A stretch of 64,000 bases of DNA, taken from positions 1,952,001-2,016,000 of the forward strand of contig OY970208.1 of NCBI GenBank assembly GCA_963713865.1, read 5' to 3'. Shown one piece after another: positions 58,792-64,000 of this stretch (positions are counted from its first letter, which is position 1; every line of letters begins with the position of its first letter). Position numbers and translations under genes: made by a program. Source of the stretch: an uncultured candidate division Zixibacteria bacterium (GTDB lineage Bacteria > Zixibacteria > MSB-5A5 > RBG-16-43-9). The notes below the pieces were generated by a model. It saw only the letters and a program-made list of their open reading frames with translations. It was not told the origin of the DNA and made no database searches.

Positions 58792-59862
58792 TTATAGCTC
58801 CAACAGCTCTCTATTTATGTTAGTTAAGACTTTACACCCTTTTCTGGTAATAAGTATGTCATCCTCGATCCTCACCCCACCCCAACCTGGAAGATATATC
58901 CCTGGCTCTAAGGTAATAACCATTCCCGGTTTGAGCACCTCCTGACTTTTAGTATTTATGCCTGGTGAATCATGCACCAAAAGTCCTATCCCGTGTCCTA
59001 ATCCATGTCCAAAATAATCTTTGAATCCTGCATTATTTATAACATCGCGGGCTACTTTATCTAACTCAAATCCTTTCATACCAGAACAGGCATTTTTTAT
59101 GGCTTTAGTTTGAGCTTTTAGAACCAGATTATAAATCTTTTTCTGCCGAGGAGTAGCTTTTCCTAAAACTACTGTCCGGGTAATATCACAGACATACCCT
59201 TCGTATAAGGCGCCAAAATCCAGAGTCACGAAATCCCCTTTCTGAAACCTTTTAGAAGAAGCTCTGGCGTGAGGCATGGCTGACCTTACGCCTGAAGCTA
59301 CAATCGGTTCAAAGGCAGAGCCTGTTCCGCCATTTTTTCTAATGTTATATTCCAACTCCGTCGATAAATCTTGTTCTTTTACTCCGGGTTTAAACAGAGG
59401 TAGAATCTTTTCAAAAGCTTTTTCACTAATATCTGCTGCTTTCTTTATCTTTTTGATCTCCTCTTCATCTTTGGTTACCGAAATAGATTCAACTAATTCC
59501 TCAGTAGGTATCCAGAGAATCTGGGGGAAAAGTGCTTTAAGCTTTTCATATAACTTAAAGGACAGAATCTTAGATTCAAAACCAACCTTGATCCTCTTCT
59601 CTTTCAGCCAGTCTATATCCGTAAGAGTGGAAAATAATTCTCGCTGGGCAATTTTTATCTCAGCACCTTTGACTTCTTTCTTTACCTGTTCTTTATATCG
59701 AAAATCAGTCAGAAAAATAGATTTATCCTTTGAAACCAAAAGGATTCCATTGGAGCCGGTATAACCACACAGATATCTGAGATTTGTGGGAGTAGTTACT
59801 AGAAGAAGATCTAAGCTCTCACCTTTTATTTTCTCCCCTAATCTCTTTATTCTATCTTTCAT
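58792..59862 (-). CDS. Xaa-Pro peptidase (M24)
   Basis: TDFRY, LDFGA, DITRT, HGLGHGIG..VH, EPGIY, GVRIED. Confidence 0.93.
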   Translation of the reverse strand: MKDRIKRLGEKIKGESLDLLLVTTPTNLRYLCGYTGSNGILLVSKDKSIFLTDFRYKEQVKKEVKGAEIKIAQRELFSTLTDIDWLKEKRIKVGFESKILSFKLYEKLKALFPQILWIPTEELVESISVTKDEEEIKKIKKAADISEKAFEKILPLFKPGVKEQDLSTELEYNIRKNGGTGSAFEPIVASGVRSAMPHARASSKRFQKGDFVTLDFGALYEGYVCDITRTVVLGKATPRQKKIYNLVLKAQTKAIKNACSGMKGFELDKVARDVINNAGFKDYFGHGLGHGIGLLVHDSPGINTKSQEVLKPGMVITLEPGIYLPGWGGVRIEDDILITRKGCKVLTNINRELLEL

Positions 59863-60062
59863 TTTTGATTCCTATTTAATTTGAATTTCTTCTCTAATTC
59901 TTCAACTTTTTTAGCTATTTCAGGGTTAGCTGGATCTCTTTTAAGAATCCTCCGGTAAATCTCCAGTCCTTCTCTGTATTTTTTAACCTGGATATAGATT
60001 TCAGCCATAGTCGGAGTTTCTATAAATTCCCTCCCTTCCAGTCCTTTATCATCTTTCTCCAT
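59859..60062 (-). CDS. Small TPR-like protein
   Basis: TPTMAEIY...LEIYRRIL..DP.N. Confidence 0.65.
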   Translation of the reverse strand: MEKDDKGLEGREFIETPTMAEIYIQVKKYREGLEIYRRILKRDPANPEIAKKVEELEKKFKLNRNQK

Positions 60063-60174
60063 CTAAAAAAATAACCATAAAATGACCATTTTATTATTTG
60101 AAGGATAACATCTTATTATAAGCCTGTCAAGAAAAAAAGAGAAAAGAAAATCTTCTTTTCTCCTTAAAGGATAT

Positions 60175-60660
60175 CTATTTTATATTACGAAACCTTCTTA
60201 TGATGGTTTGGATAATCTGCTGGGTTGATTTCCCTTTAACCATTTTAATATTCAGAACTTTTCCGCCGTGTGATTCTACTGTCTCTTTTCCCACTATGTC
60301 CTTTATCTTCCAATCACCTCCTTTGACCAGAATATCCGGGACTAATTTGGAGATAAGTCTCAATGGCGTTAACTCATTAAAAATGCAGACATAATCGACG
60401 AAGTAGAGTGAAGCCAGAATCTCCGTGCGATCTTTTTGATCCTGGATGGGCCTGCCTTTACCTTTAATTCTTCTAACCGAGTAATCGCTATTTAACCCGA
60501 TTACCAGAATATCTCCTAATTTCTTTGCTTTTTTCAGATATTCGATATGCCCGCGATGTAAAAGGTCAAAACAGCCATTGGTGAAAACCACTTTTTGGTT
60601 CTCTTTTTTGGCTTTATTTCTAATTCGGATTAATTCTGCTAATTTAACTATCTTTCCCAT
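60175..60660 (-). CDS. rfaE2: Heptose 1-phosphate adenylyltransferase (HldE domain II)
   Basis: FTNGCFDLLHRGH, GLNSD.SV..KG..RP, LVKGGDW. Confidence 0.94.
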   Translation of the reverse strand: MGKIVKLAELIRIRNKAKKENQKVVFTNGCFDLLHRGHIEYLKKAKKLGDILVIGLNSDYSVRRIKGKGRPIQDQKDRTEILASLYFVDYVCIFNELTPLRLISKLVPDILVKGGDWKIKDIVGKETVESHGGKVLNIKMVKGKSTQQIIQTIIRRFRNIK

Positions 60661-60708
60661 AAAAAAGTGAGTTCTTCTGTTTACAAGATTCAAGGTGTAA
60701 TTATATTT

Positions 60709-61710
60709 TCATTCTATATAATTTTTCAAGTCCTGATACAGAGCTTCTTTAGTCACCTGAGCAGTCCCTAATTCACCTACAACTATACCCGCCGCATGAT
60801 TTGAGATTAAGGCTGATTCCTTTAAAGAGGCTCCAGCTGCAAAGGCACAGGTGAAAGCAGAGATAACCGTGTCACCTGCACCGGTGACATCGTACACCTT
60901 CTTGGCAACCGTTGGAAAATGAGTTAGTTTCCGAGTCTTCTCGAAAAGTGACATTCCCCTCTCTCCGCGGGTTATCAATAAAGCCTCAGTCTCTAATCTT
61001 TCCAATAGCCCCCAGCCAACCTCTTCTAAGCTAATTTCATCTTTTATCCTTTTGCCATAAGCAAAACCAGCTTCATTATGATTTGGGGTTATGAGTGAAA
61101 CATTTTTGTAATTCATAAAATGGGTCTCTTTGGGATCAACCGAGATAAAAATCTTGTTTTCTCTGGCAAAGTTTATAATCTCATTCAAAAGATTTAAACT
61201 GATTACCCCTTTGCCGTAATCAGAGATCACCAGGGCGGAGATCTTCTCCTCTATTATATTCTTCTTTATGAAGTCTCTCAATTTAAAAGTCATATCCGCA
61301 GAGAGTTCATCCGTATTTTCCCGGTCAGCTCTCACTACCTGTTGACTATGAGCGATGATCCTGGTCTTGACCGTGGTCTGCCTATCTTCATCTATAAACA
61401 CCCCCTGGCTCGAAATACCCGATTTTGTAAGGATTTCCTTTAACCTCTCTCCATTTCTATCTTTTCCCACAACTCCAACCAGGAGCGGAACATTTTCTAA
61501 GGCATTAACATTAAGAGCTACGTTAGCCGCCCCGCCTAATTTCAAAGACTCCTCCATAATTTCTACTACCGGTACCGGAGCTTCAGGCGAGATTCGACTA
61601 ACGCTTCCCCAGATATATTCATCCAGCATAAGATCACCCAGTATTAAAATCTTATGATCTCCAAAGGTGGAGAAGACCTGTTCTAATCTCTGTGCTGATA
61701 TTCTATTCAT
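60709..61710 (-). CDS. rfaE1: Heptose 7-phosphate kinase (HldE domain I)
   Basis: RISPEAPVPVV, GGAANV, SDYGKG, DVTGAGDTV. Confidence 0.95.
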   Translation of the reverse strand: MNRISAQRLEQVFSTFGDHKILILGDLMLDEYIWGSVSRISPEAPVPVVEIMEESLKLGGAANVALNVNALENVPLLVGVVGKDRNGERLKEILTKSGISSQGVFIDEDRQTTVKTRIIAHSQQVVRADRENTDELSADMTFKLRDFIKKNIIEEKISALVISDYGKGVISLNLLNEIINFARENKIFISVDPKETHFMNYKNVSLITPNHNEAGFAYGKRIKDEISLEEVGWGLLERLETEALLITRGERGMSLFEKTRKLTHFPTVAKKVYDVTGAGDTVISAFTCAFAAGASLKESALISNHAAGIVVGELGTAQVTKEALYQDLKNYIE

Positions 61711-61715
61711 CTCTT

Positions 61716-62543
61716 TTAAAAGTTTAATGTTACCTTTAAAATATTAGATTCAACCTTAGTTTGAAAATATAAATTCTTTGACTTTATAATCTTGGTTTTA
61801 TTAAACCGAACAATACTTTTACCTATCCAATGCCCTAACATACCTCCGAAGAAAACATCTGAGGTAAAATGAACATTATCATTAACCCGAGCCCAGGCAG
61901 CCAGGAAAGCTAAACTGTAAGAGAGTATACCGATGACTTTATTATTATACTGTTCAGCCACAACCGAAGCTAAGGTGAAAGCTGTAGCTGAATGACCTGA
62001 AGGAAAAGATAACGAGTAAGAAGAGGGATGAGCTCTCAAACCCTCGAAAGAAAATGCACCTTTCTCTGCAAAGGGTCTGGCCCTTCCGGTAAGGCGTTTA
62101 ATCCCCTGAGTAATCCCCTGTGTAAAAATCAATGCTTCCAAAAGATAAAAAGCGGTCTCTTTTTCTTTTTTACAATTAAAGACTAACCCACCCAAATAAA
62201 AGCTTCCGATGATAACCGTAGGATAGACATGCTCAGAAGGGGTAACTAAATTTGAAAGATCATCTGAGAAATGATTACGATTCCTTTGAACCATCTTCTG
62301 GAGTTCTTCATCCGTCAAAAATAATCCGGCTGTTGCAGTAGCTACTAGAAGAAATTCTACCCTTTCTTTTTTATCCCAGTGAAAGGGAGAAAGAAAAAGA
62401 TTTTTGCCATCAGAGTAAAATTGCTTGATTGTACAGTTTAGAATATTCTCTCCATTACACCCTTGAGCCCGGGCTTCTTTTGCTGCCAGGATTGAAGAAA
62501 TAACTGTTAGAACCGAAATAAGTATTATCTTTACTCTTGACAT
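61716..62543 (-). CDS. PAP2-family phosphatase
   Basis: K.LTGRARP, SFPSGH, AR....HF.SDV. Confidence 0.88.
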   Translation of the reverse strand: MSRVKIILISVLTVISSILAAKEARAQGCNGENILNCTIKQFYSDGKNLFLSPFHWDKKERVEFLLVATATAGLFLTDEELQKMVQRNRNHFSDDLSNLVTPSEHVYPTVIIGSFYLGGLVFNCKKEKETAFYLLEALIFTQGITQGIKRLTGRARPFAEKGAFSFEGLRAHPSSYSLSFPSGHSATAFTLASVVAEQYNNKVIGILSYSLAFLAAWARVNDNVHFTSDVFFGGMLGHWIGKSIVRFNKTKIIKSKNLYFQTKVESNILKVTLNF

Positions 62544-62604
62544 CGTGTCTAAATATATTAAAATAGGATTTAAATGCAAGCAGAACTTAACAGAGGAGTA
62601 GAAT

Positions 62605-62934
62605 ATGGAGATAAAACCGCAACAGCTTAGCGTGGAACTGGGTGAAAAAGAATCCGAGGGGATTTATTCCAATTTAGCTTTTATAACTCATTCCCCTTCA
62701 GAGATAATCATCGATTTCGCTCGAATGATGCCCGGAGTTCCTAAGGCTAAGGTCTATGCCCGTATAGTTATGACTCCGGCGCATGCCAGGATGCTCTTGA
62801 ACGCCTTAGAAGATAATATCAAGAAATTCGAATCCCAGTTTGGAGCAATAAAGCTTTTTGGCAAAGAGGGGAAAGAAATAGGTTTTACCAGAGGGATGAC
62901 TGATACATCTGAACCGCCTAAAAAAGAGAACTGA
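62605..62934 (+). CDS. DUF3467 family protein
   Basis: EGIYSNLAFITHSPSEIIIDF...RIVMTP.HA...FE.QFG.I. Confidence 0.85.
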   Translation: MEIKPQQLSVELGEKESEGIYSNLAFITHSPSEIIIDFARMMPGVPKAKVYARIVMTPAHARMLLNALEDNIKKFESQFGAIKLFGKEGKEIGFTRGMTDTSEPPKKEN

Positions 62935-62960
62935 TTGTTAGGATTTTCCCCTGTAGGTTT

Positions 62961-63016
62961 CTGTAGTCGCTCGATTCGTCGAGCAAAAACATACCCAGTA
63001 AATTGGGCAACTACAG
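62961..63016. repeat. REP-like composite palindrome
   Basis: ctgtagtcgctcgattcgtcgagc...cccagtaaattgggcaactacag. Confidence 0.7.
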
Positions 63017-63044
63017 TGAAGAACTAAAAAAGAAAGGAAATCAA

Positions 63045-64000
63045 ATGCCAGTAAATAAAATCGGTAGTTTCACCTTCGTCTTGCATTTACATCTGCCTTA
63101 TGTTATCGCTCATGGAAAATGGCCTCACGGGATGGACTGGTTAAACGAAGCAGCTTCTGAATGCTACCTCCCCATTTTGAATATCTTAAACGAGCTGATA
63201 GAAGAGGGGTACTCTCCGAAATTAACCCTGGGTATTACTCCGGTTTTAACTGAACAGTTGGCCGATGAATCGTTCAAATCCGAGCTTTCTTCTTATCTTG
63301 AGCAGAAGATAAAAGCCGCAGAATTAGATATTCAGGAATTCACCCGGTATAACCGCCCAAATCTTCTCTCCTTAGCCTGGATGTGGAAAGATTATTACAT
63401 TAAGATAAAAAATGATTTCGAAAACAAATATAACCGAAACATTATTGAAGCTTTCAAAAATCTGCAGGATAATGAATATATAGAGATAATCACCAGTGCA
63501 GCTACTCACGGGTATTTACCTTTATTGTCCCGGGACACTTCGGTTCAGGCACAGATAAAACAAGGGGTAAAAACTTACGAAAAACATTATGGAAGAAAAC
63601 CCAGAGGGATCTGGCTTCCGGAATTCGCCTATCGTCCCCGTTATAAATGGATGCCACCCGTAAATACGGGAGAAAAAATAGAACCATATCTTCGAAAAGG
63701 GATCGACGAGTTTCTAACCGAAAACGAGATCGAATATTTTTTCGTGGATACTGCTCTACTTAAGGGAGGAAAAGCCATCGGAGTCTACATTGACCGGTTT
63801 GAAGCCCTGCAGCAGTTATGGGGTCAGTTTGAAAAAGAATATAAGCCCAGAGAAGAAGAATTGGATAAAACCCCTCGTGAAATCTATTTGGTCTCCTCCT
63901 CGGTTGAAGGGAAAAAACCCGTGGCGATCTTTACCCGTGATCCGGAAACAGGTTTACAGGTTTGGAGTGGTGAGTGGGGTTATCCCGGTGATGGCAATTA
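63045..64000 (+). CDS. GH57 glycoside hydrolase, probable 1,4-alpha-glucan branching enzyme; runs off the window end
   Basis: Manual translation: FTFVLHLHLPYV...WLNEAASECYLP...SAATHGYLPL...GIWLPEFAYRP...VWSGEWGYPGD. Confidence 0.9.
   Translation, partial: MPVNKIGSFTFVLHLHLPYVIAHGKWPHGMDWLNEAASECYLPILNILNELIEEGYSPKLTLGITPVLTEQLADESFKSELSSYLEQKIKAAELDIQEFTRYNRPNLLSLAWMWKDYYIKIKNDFENKYNRNIIEAFKNLQDNEYIEIITSAATHGYLPLLSRDTSVQAQIKQGVKTYEKHYGRKPRGIWLPEFAYRPRYKWMPPVNTGEKIEPYLRKGIDEFLTENEIEYFFVDTALLKGGKAIGVYIDRFEALQQLWGQFEKEYKPREEELDKTPREIYLVSSSVEGKKPVAIFTRDPETGLQVWSGEWGYPGDGN

Noticed and set aside
542-63687. Many short ORF-track entries antisense to or nested in real genes (e.g. 59276-59764, 33159-33614, 36883-37296, 63502-63687)
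   Set aside because: Shadow frames of well-supported genes with no motifs or SD.

Overview
AT-rich bacterial chromosome segment with almost all genes on the minus strand. A T9SS-type C-terminal sorting domain, multiheme cytochrome and gene order suggest an FCB-group anaerobe such as Zixibacteria (inference, not tested). Housekeeping blocks: thrS-infC-rpmI-rplT-pheST-zapB-zapA-rny-ymdB-folD with tRNA-Val(GAC), and rfaE1/E2-pepQ-accB-pilT-accC-gcvH-gcvPA-gcvPB. The most striking region, about 12.2-27.9 kb, is a 'ghost' flagellar locus. It keeps FleS/FleR-like, FliA, FlgN, CsrA, FliW, FlgM-like, HDOD and PilZ genes and well-spaced sigma54 and sigma28 promoters, but holds no intact flagellar structural gene. 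Its sigma54 promoters now precede tiny ORFs or a GGA-hairpin RNA, next to two degenerate kinases and a degenerate chemoreceptor tip. Other features: a GC mini-hairpin that replaces loops of other structures (including the anticodon arm of a tRNA copy), a possible long-range antiterminator before rny, a sigma54 lipoprotein/secreted-protein operon, a Tat-signal radical SAM module, a 9-heme secreted cytochrome, an IS1202-family element with a 16-bp target duplication, many REP-like palindromes, and several 1-nt frameshifts (rplT, a spermidine-synthase-like gene, possibly thrS) that may be sequencing errors.
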